Shown in pieces: positions 38,584-53,186 of a stretch of DNA of 64,000 bases. Each line of letters begins with the position of its first letter. Positions within the stretch are counted from its first letter, which is position 1. The notes under the pieces were generated by a model. That model had not been told where the DNA came from. It searched no databases and saw only the letters and a program-made list of their open reading frames with translations. The position numbers were made by a program, and so were the translations under genes. The stretch comes from Vermamoeba vermiformis (taxonomy: Eukaryota): NCBI GenBank assembly GCA_045837725.1, contig JBEWZL010000119.1, positions 62,001-126,000 of the forward strand. The letters are read 5' to 3'.

Positions 38584-38810
38584 CGGGTTAGAGATTGAAA
38601 TGACCAGATCCTGAATACCCGAATTTAACGCCCCGAACTGGACCGGGTGGCGGGAACATGTGAACACGGGAGAGAGGTAGTTTAATTCATATTGTACCCA
38701 CACGAGTGCATAAGAGGTTCTCAAGGCCGAGGTGAGTGTTCGCTAGTGTGGACAGCGGATGGGACTCCGAACCTCCGGTTCGATGGTTCAACGAGTTTGA
38801 GCTATTTTTT
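38584..38810 (+). ncRNA. putative Y-shaped structured RNA ending in a T6 tract
   Basis: GAGGTTC 38714-20 / GAACCTC 38769-75, GTTCGCT/AGCGGAT, GACCGG/CCGGTT, GGGAACATGTGAA/TTCATATTGTACCC; TTTTTT at 38805-10. Confidence 0.4.
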
Positions 38811-39078
38811 ATGTATCTAAGTATCATTGATTGGTGTTTTAAGTTTCTAAGGTCCTTCTAGCTTAAGAACTCTTAACTTTGCGAGATTTGATACCGATCT
38901 CAATCAGCAAGGTTTTTTAAGTAGACGTTGAGCATAATTATAGGCTGAATATTAGCCATTTTATCCGTTTATTGGCTTTAGGGACGATTCTTTGTGCGTG
39001 TCATTCATTCAATTTTTTGGATTTATTATTCGCAACGCAGACAGAGAAAGGAACACTATTAACCGCCTGCAGTACTAT

Positions 39079-41356
39079 ATGGCAACTAACGGCGACGATT
39101 TGTCCTCTCGTGTTAACGAGCAGGCTCAATGTAAGACGATCTGGATTCGCATCTCGATTCGATCGCAAGCTGATTTGTTTTTTCCAAACAGATTTTGATA
39201 ATTTATTGTCCATGATTCCCGCAAAAAATTACTTCACCAAGGAAGTGTCGAACGACGATTGGGTAAGAATAATCTCAATAATGAATCCCGATGCATTTTT
39301 TACGCGGGGCTTAGATTAATTGTTATAAAATCAACAGGAGAAGAATTTCAATAAAAAGAAGAAGAAAAAGAAGAATAAAAAAGACCAGAAAGAAAATCGA
39401 GGACAGAAGAGAAAACGAGTACGTGCTAGTTGAGGATTTGTCACAAATAATCATGCAAACTGCTTCAATATACATTAATATACTAGTGATATTTAATTAT
39501 TATTTAATAACGTTAAATATTAATTGCATCTGACTTTTTCTGATCAGGATCCAGATGCATTGAAAACAGTTCCTGAAATATTACAAGAGCGATATGAAAA
39601 TAAATTGAAGGGAGTCACAGATGCTAATGGTGAGGTTGAGGATCGCGATGTTCAACCTCCTCCCGCGAAAAAACAAAAACTCGATCACAAGAAGCAGATC
39701 GAGAAACCGATCAAGAAACAAGAAAAGAAAGCTCCTGAACCTGTCGCTGAAGACAGTGATGATAGCGAAGATGAACATGATGACGATGAGGTTAATGATG
39801 ATGATGAGGCCATGGAAGTCCAAGAAATTGATGAGGATTCTGACAGCGACTCAGATGACAACCCTAAAAACCGAATCCGTAATGTGGAGTCTGAGAAACA
39901 CAGCGAATTGAAGAAGAAGTTATTAGAAAAGATCAACGAAATGCGAAAATCACGCAGCGTGCCTTTATTAGGAGGTAATATCGACTTTCGATTTTGGATC
40001 GCGTTTCATTTTATTTTTAAAATTCAGCAAAAATATCTAAGGCATAGTTGTCATCACCAATCTATATAATACGCAAATCATACCATAATCATGTCGAGAT
40101 CTGGTCTCTAACATACTTTCTATTATTAGATGATTTCCGACCTCTCGACGAAGACGTTAAATCAAAGCGATTGCGCCGAAGACTTGAAAAATTAGAAGAA
40201 AAGTAAGTATAGAGCTTATATTTGGAATTAAATATGAATTTGTGACGGAGATAATTATTGCGCGTTGATAATTTGTGTCACAATTACAGTGTGAATTAAT
40301 CGTTGATTTCCAAATTAGGAAAAAGAAGGGCCTTATTAAGGATGAAGAGGACTCAACTGAAGGCAAGAAAAAGAAAAAGCCGCAAAACAAGAAGAGCAAG
40401 GTGGATCGTGCCCAAGCTGCTGAAGAGAAGAGCGAGAGCGAGGCCAATGGCAATGACGCAGAGAGCGGTGATGAGAATGAGAGCGGCGAGGAAGAGAACA
40501 GTGCCAATGGTGAGGCCATGCAGGAGGACGAGGAGAATGAAGGTATGAAACTGTTCAATAATTATCTTTTTACGGATCTGTTTCGATTTATCCAACTAGC
40601 GATACAATTTTATTCGTATTTTAATCTTGATATGGATCATTACTATATGAGTGCATCATTAACGGTTATTTGTCGCAGATCTTCAGTTCGGTACATTTGA
40701 TTTCAGCACAGGCAAGCCGATGCCGACTTACTTGCTCAAAAAGCGAAAACAATTGCCCAATCATATCTTGTTGAAGAAGGTGAGTCTCTTATAATGCAGC
40801 ATAATAGTGCCATATTTAAATGGGTGTGAAAATTGAGCGGTGGATCTAGACCTTGTCTCGAGATGTTTGCGGTTCTAATTACGCTCTATTTACAGGCACA
40901 AGAAAATAAAGAAAAGATGGAGAGCTTGCCCGAAGAGATCAAAGAAAAGAAGATGTGGGACACTGCCTTGAAGAAGGCACAAGGTGTCAAGGTGAAGGAC
41001 GACGCAACTCTGATCAAGAAATCAATCAAGCGCGAGAAGTCTAAGAAACGAAAGAGCGCTAAAGAATGGTGCGTCGCTTATTATTGTGTCCTATGAAAGC
41101 GTTGATCTAATTGTTATTACTATATTAGGAAAGAGAGAGAAGACGCAGTTAAGAAACAACAATCCGAGCGACAGAAGAAACGAACAGAAAATATTAATAA
41201 GAAGATTCAAGGCAAGAAAGAAAAGCGCTTAAACAAGATTGTAAGTTGATTTTGTCGTTATTCGATCTTAAAGTCGGTGCTAATAATTGTTGCCTATTAC
41301 AGAAAAAGAGACGACCAGGTTTCGAAGGTGCCAAATCCAATTTCATCAACAAATAA
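39079..41356 (+). CDS. SURF6: SURF6/RRP14 ribosome-biogenesis protein
   Basis: RRP14-like YFDNLLSMIPAKNYF; SURF6 C-terminal WDTALKKAQGVKVKDDATLIKKSIKRE..KRKSAKEW...RPGFEG. Confidence 0.92.
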
Positions 41357-41923
41357 TGCGGACAATAAAATACTAACATTTATTCGAAATACATCGTCGA
41401 TTGTAATTAATAGCGAATATAAAAACCACTCTCAAAATACACCTTTTTCTTTTGATGGTAAGTACGTTATTACAGTAGTATCGCACAATTCATCGTAATA
41501 TTTACAGGTCTACACAATGCTGACCGGCAGTGACGGCGCTGAGAATCAATAAATAAAACAGAGCGGTTGCCTTGCCCTTAGTAGCAGCCACTGCTCCACC
41601 TGGCAGTGGTCGTCCTCTTTGCGTTGTAGCAGGCACAGCAGCGACTCGTTTATCTGACTCGATGGTTTCAAGATAAGAGTAATGGTCAATCGGACCTTCA
41701 GAACTGAGTTTCAATGTGCGAAGTGTTGTACTTGAATGACCTTGACGTGCTACCAAATCATATCAGTGCGCGCGTACAATGATACCAATCAGAGGTACTG
41801 CAATAGATGCCGCCAGATTAGCTGCATTGTGCACAGTCGCCACTGTGAGCGTTTGATTTAGTGATATCTCCGCTCTTGAAGTCATATCTCCTTCTATAAA
41901 CCACGTAGAGGTCATTATTCACA

Positions 41924-42877
41924 ATGTGTACCATGAATACCACACGTTGCTTCTTAATATTGGCAATTTTACCTTTTATTGCTCTAGCTTTGCCGGCCAG
42001 ATGCCCAGCAACAGTACGATCTCCGGATGGATCCACCTACAGTCTGAATACTATTGAGGGGGCGTAAGTATTCGATGATTTAACCTAAATTATTCGATTA
42101 ATGATTATTATTACGAATATTTTCGCTCACCAACTTAACTTTCAGAACTATCAGCGGCAGCTATTTAGACTTTGGCAAACATCAGAATGTGTTCGTAAAT
42201 ATTTCCATATGCGGCAATTTAGACTCGCCGTGCGGCTCAGGCAACTGCATTGTACCTAACTCTGCCGGTACACCTCCGATCTAGTTGTAATTCGTTCCCT
42301 TTTACTAATAGCTTGCAGCGGTATGTGCATATGAAACACACCTTAAGCGGGACTCAGAGGTCGAAGAATGCTACGGCAGTTTCGACCAAAGAACCAAAGT
42401 TGTCGGATTAGGTGCGTAACAAGCTAGTGCACTGAATATAGCTAATTATAGCATAAGATAACAACGCTGGCGTGACTATTACCTACTATGACGGAGATAT
42501 GTACAGTCCTAGCCAAAATTACTCGACGAAACTCATATTAAATTGCGATGTAACGCGTAAGTAGATCTGCTCTTGTTTCGTCGGTGTTCAGTGCTCTAAT
42601 AACCAATGCTATGTTAGTTGAGAAAGGCTTCATTGAGTTAGACAAAATAGAAAGCAATGCAGGTGCACTGGAAGTACAAGGTCGGATGTGGTGCCCTAAA
42701 TCTGCTCTTCCTTGGATTGAAACCGACATCTACTACAAGGATCCTGACTGCAATAGCTTTAATGTGTACATGGAGACTCGAAATAACGTTGCTACCTGCA
42801 CTCCAGGCTGCTTCACGGGCTCGTTGCCGAATACCTCGATCGAAGTTATATGCCAACGCGCTAACGCAAACAAATAA
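41924..42877 (+). CDS. small secreted MRH (mannose-6-phosphate receptor homology)-like protein, 5 exons
   Basis: Signal peptide, DGSTYSL, VNISICG, SAAVC, GVTITYYDGD, STKLILNCD; in-frame GT-AG joins; TATAAA about 30 bp upstream. Confidence 0.6.
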
Positions 42878-43496
42878 AATTATGAACCAAATTATAATAA
42901 CGTAGAATTAGTAAATGAGAGATAGTAAGCTAAATATGGACGATCAGGTGAGGGGAATCACAAATAAATCGATTTAAAAAAGGTTTAAAATTGTAAAAGG
43001 CGCATAATGATTTTACATATTATAAAGGCATTAAATTCGAAGTGTGACGCATGTAATGACGATGTACAAATTAATTAGTTTAGTTAAAATTCCGCTTTCC
43101 GATCGGAGCAATTCCACCCACCCGAATTAAATTGAAACAGTTTTCGAGTAGATATTTAAATATTATTAATTCATGCATATGAGTGCGACCGAGCGCAACA
43201 CGTGAATTTTTAAACACAATTTCAAATTTTACGTTACCGTTAAAATTAGCTGTGGGAGCTTGTTGCTGCAAGTTACTAAGGAGGGCTACATGCGCGCGGT
43301 AGTGTTGTTCTGAAGGGGGAGATATAAATCTGGCGATAATCACGTGTTTAAAATTAATGCAAGGCTGTTGCAATCAATTTTTTCCTATCGAACCGTTTTT
43401 GCAGCAACAGATTAACAAAAACAGTGCTATGGAATTGTAGATATTTATTTATAGAGGAGTTAGAATTATAGCACATATTTATTCGTTTGATCAGAC

Positions 43497-46400
43497 ATGA
43501 GCAAGCGAAAGCCACAGAAAGTAGATTGGAGTAACAAAAAATACTCGTCGATTCCACCGACCCTAATACAGCAACAATCATTGTCAAATGTTGTGGAATT
43601 AAGATTATCGAATAATTCATTAAAAGAACTGCCGTGGGAAATTTTGGCGCAAGCGATGCCTAATCTGCGGAGTTTATGGCTCAACAAGAACGAATTTGCA
43701 GACCTACCAGCAGGAGTAGCTCAATTAAATGGATTAAGAAAATTGCATTTGGAAGACAACAAAATTACCATGGTTACACCCCAGATTTCGAAGCTAGAGG
43801 AACTGAGGAAACTGTATCTAAATAATAACAAATTAATTCAGCTGCCAGCGGAAATGCATAAATTAGCACAATTAACGAGGCTCAACGTATCAAATAATAG
43901 CCTCAAAATTATCCCATCGGAGTTCCATTGCTTGACCCAACTTAAAACGCTCAACATCGACAACAATCCAATGATCTCGCCACCGCCATTTATGTGCGCG
44001 AGTGGCACCATCCCTCTGCTCAATTTTCTAAGGCAGCAATATGACTCGTTGCAAAAGAGAGGCAACAGACACAACATTTCTTCAGCGAGTTTGAAGAATC
44101 TGCCGATGGATGACGGTTCAAAGACGGGTGGTAAAACGCCTCCTGTATCCAAGAGGACCTCTTCACGGCCACGAGATCGAGATCGAGAGCGGTCCAATTC
44201 GCTAACGGTAATTACTTTTATAGCAATTACAGCAGTTCAAAACTTTCAAATTAATTAATGGATCTTAACTTCCGAAAAGTACTTTTGAACGTAGTGAAAA
44301 TTAATAGTCTATATGGCCAAGATATTATTAGAGTAAATTTTGAACCCCAACCCCTCCCAAGATCCGGAACACAATTTTAATTCATTAATTTAGAAATTTA
44401 AACTGCGTTTAAAAACGGTTTTTATTTCTAATAATAACTTTATTGTTAATACCATAACAGTTCTATCATATTGTAGCTGATTGTTTATAATTTTACTCAT
44501 TCGAATTTTTTACGTTACAGCATAGCGATGGCTACACGAACTTTGGGGCTAATCAACGCGTGTATATATTAGTGACTCATTGTGTATCTCAATCACAAGG
44601 TCTACGTCCTTATATGGAAGACAGATACGTTGTAATTCCTGAAGTCAAACTCGATCATCTGCACACAGATGAGAGCCTGCAGCTCGTTGATACATTTAAA
44701 ACCAATAAGAAGCGCAAGAAGAGAAGGAAGTCAGACGCTTCTAGTGCCAGCAATGAAAAAGGAGTAAGTTGTAACGTTAGATCACCAGCGAGACCAACAA
44801 ATTGCCTTTTAAGGAAATTCACAAAACTTATTTGCCCTTCACTCTAACCTCATAATATGCTACGCAATCAATTATATGATCTAATCATGATTTTTTGCAT
44901 TTTTTTAGGAACCAAAACAAGAAGTTAAACCTGGTTTAGAAATGCTCAATGAAGGTGATTATAATTTAACAGGCTTTTAGCCCTCGACATTTATTAAATT
45001 ATGTATTATAGTCCCCGAAGAGAACAATGATAGCACAAAGACCCCCAACGGCTCTTCAGATCCGAGCACCACAGCACCGAACACCGGTAAATCCGACACT
45101 GTTCCAAGCAGTGCTCGCGGACTGAAGAGCTCTTCATCGAGCAATGCAGCAGGAGGCAATAGCGGTGCAGAGCAAGCACCTTCGCCCGATTCAGTTGAAG
45201 GCTTGAAGGCCAAAGAGAAGAAAAAGAGAGCGAGTGACAGACCCAAAAAGACTGGTACCCCAGCAGCACCGAGTGACACGCAAACTAATCCTCATTCAGA
45301 GCCTAATTCTTTGAATCCTGGCGAAATGCCAATGAAATCGTCTTCGAGACCTGAGCTGTTTAAACACAAACCACTGGATCCGACGAGCGAACAGGCCAAT
45401 AACAACGAGGCTGTGAAAAAGAAGCCGTCAAAGAGAGATTTGATTCGCGAAGAACGAAGCAAAGATCTCAAGAGTCAGCTGAAAGACATGAGCATTAAGG
45501 ACAAGGACGACAAAGAAGACAAAAAAGAAGAGACCAACAGCAACAAAGAAAACAACGCAAACAACAATTCCAAAGAAGAAAATAATCAAAGCGAAGACAA
45601 AAATACAAAGGATGATGCAGAGAAAAACTCAGACGAGTTAACAAAGCGTGCGTCAAGTCCTCGCATATACATCACAGACGATACTGTGCTTGATCCCGAT
45701 GCACCGGCTGTGACCATCGACGCCACACCAGAGACCATCGAAAAGCAGGTCAAAACAACGTCCAAGCGCGGCTTCAAAAAGCTCCGCACGGGCAGCGGTA
45801 CGTTAAATGCTTCATGAACTCATTGGTGTTCTTGCTATTCATTACTGACGCTGGTTTGCTCTAGTGGGCATCTTTGGCGTGTACGACGGACACGGTGGAG
45901 GTCGTTGTGCTGATTACACGGCTGACAATCTTCACATCAACATTATGAACGAGAAAGAAGCGCTCAAGAACGACGACTTCAAGACAGCTTTCCACAAAGG
46001 ATTCCTCAAGACCGACGATCAGTTCTTAACCAAGTGTCGCGAGGAGGTTCGTGGCATCATAGTTTGTTGTCTTTAAGTCGGTTATTAACACGTGATTAGG
46101 GCTGGATGGACGGCAGCACAGCGGTCTTCGTCATGCTGAAAAACAATCGATTGATGTTGGGCCACACTGGTGACACGCGTGCTGTGTTGTGTCGCGGCAA
46201 GAAAGCGATTGAATTGACATCTGATCACAAGCCTGATCGCCAAGACGAGCAAGAAAGGTCAGTACTCTTCGCACTTACTATCGCTTCGAGGTTGTGCTTA
46301 CATTAAGCCCTTTAGAGTTGAAAAGCTTGGAGGCAAAGTCGAAGTGAGCGCACAAACAGGTTGGGTCCCCCGTGTCCAAGGACATCTCGCTGTGTCACGA

Positions 46401-46814
46401 TCACTAGGCGACATTCGGCTGAAAGAACCCGTGACATTTGTGTCTGCTGAGCCTGAATACAACGAATATGTGTTGGGTCCTAACGACCAGTTCTTCTTAA
46501 TTGCCAGTGACGGCATTTGGGATGTCATGCACAATCAGGTACGTGGCAAGGTTTATTGACATTTTTTGACACTTAGCTAACTTTAATTTCATTCGCAGCA
46601 AGCAGTTGACATAGTGCGCAAGTGTCCTGACAAGTATTCAGCGAGCGAACAACTCGTGAACAAAGCGCTCAAGCTCGGCAGTCGCGACAACATCACCGCA
46701 CTGGTGGTGTGGCTGAGCTGGAACATGGAGTACGTCGAACCTGCGATGATGTCCAGTCCCGAGGCCTCTGTTGATTCTGACAGCGACAGCGGCGCGAAAG
46801 AAAAATCTCTGTAA
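43497..46814 (+). CDS. LRR-PP2C protein phosphatase
   Basis: About 6 LxxLxLxxN repeats; PP2C motifs QGLRPYMEDRY, FGVYDGHGG, DGSTA, GDTRAVL, DHKP, LAVSRSLGD, ASDGIWD, GSRDNIT. Confidence 0.88.
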
Positions 46815-47098
46815 CATATCACTCCTGTACGTATTTTAACCAACACCCGAAAAGTAAATAATTCTAAAAATGGAAATACGATAATAACTATCACAAATAA
46901 TAATATTGAACAAAATAGCAATTAAGACTACGACAAAGATACTGCGCTAGATGTCGAAATGCTAAGTACCTAATTTTGGGTCCGCAATGAAATTCCGCAG
47001 CATTTTTTCGTGCGGAGCAAAATGATCGTTTGACACCAAAAATGTCAAAGCAATTCATCCAAAGAAAGTCATTAGTATAATGAAGTGTTGTATTAACG

Positions 47099-48823
47099 CT
47101 ACAGTTTGGCAATGTCCACTTGCAATACAACGTTGTGCTCGATCATCCTCTGAATCTGATCCGCAGTGAAACCGTTCTCGACCAAAATATCGCGTGAGTG
47201 TTGACCCACTTTAGGCTGAGGCTTGACAACATTAGTGCCTGGTGTGCGTGACAGCTTGGGCGCTGGTGCTGGTGCCACTTCTTGTTTGGATTCACTGAAA
47301 GAACAAGTGACACGTGTCAGCCAAATGAAATTTTTGCAGTACTAATGGTCAGATCAGCTTACTTTGAAATCAATAACTTTCGTGCGACAGTGTTCGGGTG
47401 CTCATTAAAGTCGTGAATATCAACTACTGGCGCCACACACGCGTCACTGCCGTCAAAAATAGAAGTCCACTCCTCTTGTGTCTTGCTCGCAAATTTTTTC
47501 TTCAATTCGTTGCGCAGATCAGGCCACTTGCCACTATCAAATTGAGGCCAGTCTTCTAGATTAAATCCCAATAACTGCAATAATTAATTAATATTTTTCG
47601 AGGCAGATCCTACCGCCGAAACATACCTCCATCGCTTTGTTATAAAATTGCGGTTCTAACGAGCCAATTGACATGTATTTACCGTCCTGAGTCTGATATA
47701 CCTATACATATCATATTTAGTATTAATGTAATAATCAAAAGTTAATTTTACCTCGTAGAAAGGAGATCCACCGTCGAGCATGTTATTGCCACGTGAATCC
47801 GTCAAAACACCGTGGCTAATAGACCGATTAATATTATAGTAGTTATACCATACACTTACAATTTATGTTTGTATAAGAATGAGCCAATATACAGTACTCC
47901 ATCGACCATTGCATTGTCGATCACTTGACCTTTGCCAGATCTCGTTCTGAAATCATGAGGTGAGTATAGATAAGGTTAATTATGGTATGCATACCTTTCA
48001 AATAATGCCAATATAATACCGAAGGCGCATAATAAGCCTCCAGCGGCAAAATCAGCTAAAATATTGATCGGAAACATTGGTGGCTCGTTTGATCGACCAA
48101 GCATCTGAAATTGAATATAAAATGTAAATATAGCCAATAAATAATATGACGTTATGTAATTTACCGATAAAATGCCGGAAAGAGCCAAATAATTGATGTC
48201 GTGGCCTGCGATATTCGCGTAGGGACCTAAAATACGGATCAAGGCATTAGAATAGAGTATGATGGTAAATATGGGCACTAGATAGTATTTATATACCTGT
48301 TTGACCAAAGCCTGTCAATCTCGCGTAAATGAGTCGCGGATTTCGCTTGCAAAGTTCGTCAGGGCCTAATCCGTTCTTTTCCAACACACCAGGGCGGAAA
48401 GGGTCGATGAGTACGTCAGTCTATTATTAATATCGATTAGTTAAGTGCTTTTAAGCACAACCAAGCAAGATCAAGAACAGAGACATTTTTAGATCCGGAC
48501 TACGAACAATGAAGTCAAAAAAAATATTAATAATTAGCATAGTAATATTTTAAATATAATAGTCAATAAATACGCTCGATCTAATTTTGGTTCTGTCGTA
48601 CCGTTTCGATTAATTTGTAAATAATATTTCTGGCTTGTTGTTGCTTCAGATCCAATGCAATAGACCTCTTGCCACGTGACAATGTATCGTCATTGACTAG
48701 TCCTGCTGCTTGTGTTCTGTCTACTCGCACTACATCTGCTCCAAAATCGCTCAAAATCATTCCGCAAAAGGGACCTGGTGCTAAACCAGCGAATTCGAGA
48801 ACTTTAACGCCTTTAAGAGCCAT
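47099..48823 (-). CDS. AMACR: alpha-methylacyl-CoA racemase (CaiB/BaiF family) with C-terminal PTS1 -AKL
   Basis: [70 protein letters not shown]; ends DIAKL*. Confidence 0.93.
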
Positions 48824-49363
48824 ACGTATGTATGTACAGTATATACAATGAATAAGTAGCGCTTTTGTGCTTCTCTGTAAAAAGATCTGGTTAAAATTGT
48901 CATCATTTCCTGTTGTGCGTTGTTCAAGGTAGCAGGCGAGAAGGAGTAACTTTTCATTCAACGGAATCGTATTGTATTTTGCGGCGTTAGTTGGTTTCTT
49001 TTTGCGGTGGTTTTGTTCTTCGTTTCAGATGTAGCAAGGTAAAAATTTATTCGTTTTTGTTTATCAAACTAAGCATAATCAGTAGCTGGAAGAACGTGAT
49101 GCCTAGCTAAAATTAAAAAAACAAGAGAAAAAAATATTACCTAGTTAATTCCACTAATTTTTTCAAGTCTGAGACTCGACCTCGTTGAATTTATTCAATA
49201 TGTACGTTTTTTATTGGCAAGTGCTTATGTAGTATTAAAATTATGCAATTTTTTTTAATGAAAAACGAATTAACCCAAAACCATAATTTGCTTACTAGGC
49301 GACTCGATATTTAAGCTACTATTAGCTTAATTTTAGAGTTCGACGTAAAACAATATTATTAAT

Positions 49364-50233
49364 ATGCTCGATTGTAGAATGAAGAGACGTAATTGCCACG
49401 ACACATCCGCCAAGCACAAAGCGAAGAGGCCAAAGCACGGTGATGGTGCAGCGAAAGCAACACTCGCTGAACCAATTTTGGATCCTTTTATCCCCGTGGA
49501 TGTTATTAAGCACCATATTATTCCATTTGGAGCACTGGATTGGCTATTAATATCTAGGGCAATTCATCAAGTTGCCATGCACCACATTGTAGACGATGAA
49601 AGAGTTATTGCAAGACAAGATGCAATGCTGAAAGAAGCTGTGATACGACAGCATTTTAAACTGGTAGAACGGTTACTTGAAGATGACAGGTATACATCAG
49701 AACACACGTTAGAAGAGGCCATTAATACAATAATTTTCGATAGTGATGATGATGGTGGATTTAAGGAAGTTGGAGAGGAGGATAAAAGGCTTATTAAGCT
49801 TCTGTTAAGCCACAAACTATTTGCTACAATCTGGCCTGACAATATCTTAAGGACTGCAGTTCAAAATGGATGGATTGACGTTGTCCAGCATATTCTTGCT
49901 ACAAGCAAGCATACATTTGAAAATTGGCATGGGATTGCAATATATTGCAGTGCTCCTGTTGAAACACTTAAACTCATTAGGCAAGACCCGAGGTTCCGTT
50001 CAAACGATGAGAAGACTGCTAAACAGCTAAGGAATGCAATATCTCGAGGTAACATAGGAGCAGCGATCCTAATTCTGGAGGATGAAAGGACGAATTTTGA
50101 AAGTGCGGTGAGGATATTAGGTCGGTTTAGAGAAGGTGTAAAAATTTTGTTAGCAGACCCGAGATTAGTACAATCAACTTATTATCAAAACATAATGTGC
50201 GAAACAATAGCTGAGTTCGATGAACTGCGTTGA
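49364..50233 (+). CDS. intronless divergent ankyrin-repeat-like protein with F-box-like N-terminus
   Basis: EAVIRQHFKLVERLLEDDR, TAVQNGWIDVVQHIL, NAISRGNIGAAILILEDER, VKILLADPR; IPVDVIKHHIIPF. Confidence 0.6.
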   Translation: MLDCRMKRRNCHDTSAKHKAKRPKHGDGAAKATLAEPILDPFIPVDVIKHHIIPFGALDWLLISRAIHQVAMHHIVDDERVIARQDAMLKEAVIRQHFKLVERLLEDDRYTSEHTLEEAINTIIFDSDDDGGFKEVGEEDKRLIKLLLSHKLFATIWPDNILRTAVQNGWIDVVQHILATSKHTFENWHGIAIYCSAPVETLKLIRQDPRFRSNDEKTAKQLRNAISRGNIGAAILILEDERTNFESAVRILGRFREGVKILLADPRLVQSTYYQNIMCETIAEFDELR

Positions 50234-50401
50234 AGCAAGATATTGTACTTAAAGATCTTTCATCGATGAGAGATCTGATTTGAATAAACGACACCGTTTT
50301 TGGTGGTGACACTTGCATTCTATTCTGTGTCAAGTATAAATAAAATCTAATACAACCAAAATTAGGCAATATAATTCCCACCTAAGTAATCGGGTCAGAA
50401 C

Positions 50402-50527
50402 GGCTTTGGAACTTGAGGGTAGGTCAGCGGATGTATCAATCCAATAACAGCGATTCAAATCTCAACGACTTCTCCGCTATTGAGTAGTCCGCGAGTCACT
50501 GCCGCTTATTAAGCACTTTTCAAAGCT
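50402..50527 (+). other. long imperfect intergenic hairpin
   Basis: Six nested helices, e.g. GGCTTTGGAA 50402-11 / TTTCAAAGCT 50518-27 and GCGGAT/GTCCGC. Confidence 0.45.
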
Positions 50528-50653
50528 ATCCTGCGTTGTTTTATTATTTGTCGTTCGAAATTTAGACGGTTTTTGAACTTCGCACTCGTTTGAAACAAAA
50601 ATTTCATTTTAAACTCATCTAATTCACAGAAGAACACTACTGTGGCTTAAATC

Positions 50654-52949
<2,296 letters not shown>

Positions 52950-53186
52950 CAGCACCGAGGCTGTATGGTGTGGGAGCAGCTGTTTGTAATTACCAACAAA
53001 AGACCGAAATAAATAATTTTAAAAGTTGGACTACATGCACTACTACCAAATTTGTACAAGACCTTTCGAAATGTTTTTCGTTAATGCCGTATGAAAAACA
53101 GGTATTAAGAATAAACAACAAAAAGATTACGCGTTTATTAGGTAAAGCTCTAACAGCTTTCCTTTTTTAGCGCAAGTTCAATCCAC

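Noticed and set aside
38583-38593. CTAACCC on the minus strand as a telomerase RNA template
   Set aside because: Only about one repeat with no alignment region, and G-U pairing favours the opposite strand.
38755-38805. tRNA-like A/B boxes (TAGCTCAA...GGTTCGGAGTCC) on the minus strand
   Set aside because: No cloverleaf or acceptor stem can be built.
1-41356. Functional cluster of RNA-biogenesis genes (RPA2, SNAPC4, TRM1, SRP40, SMU1, SURF6)
   Set aside because: They are interspersed with unrelated genes and belong to a large category; clustering cannot be supported without statistics.
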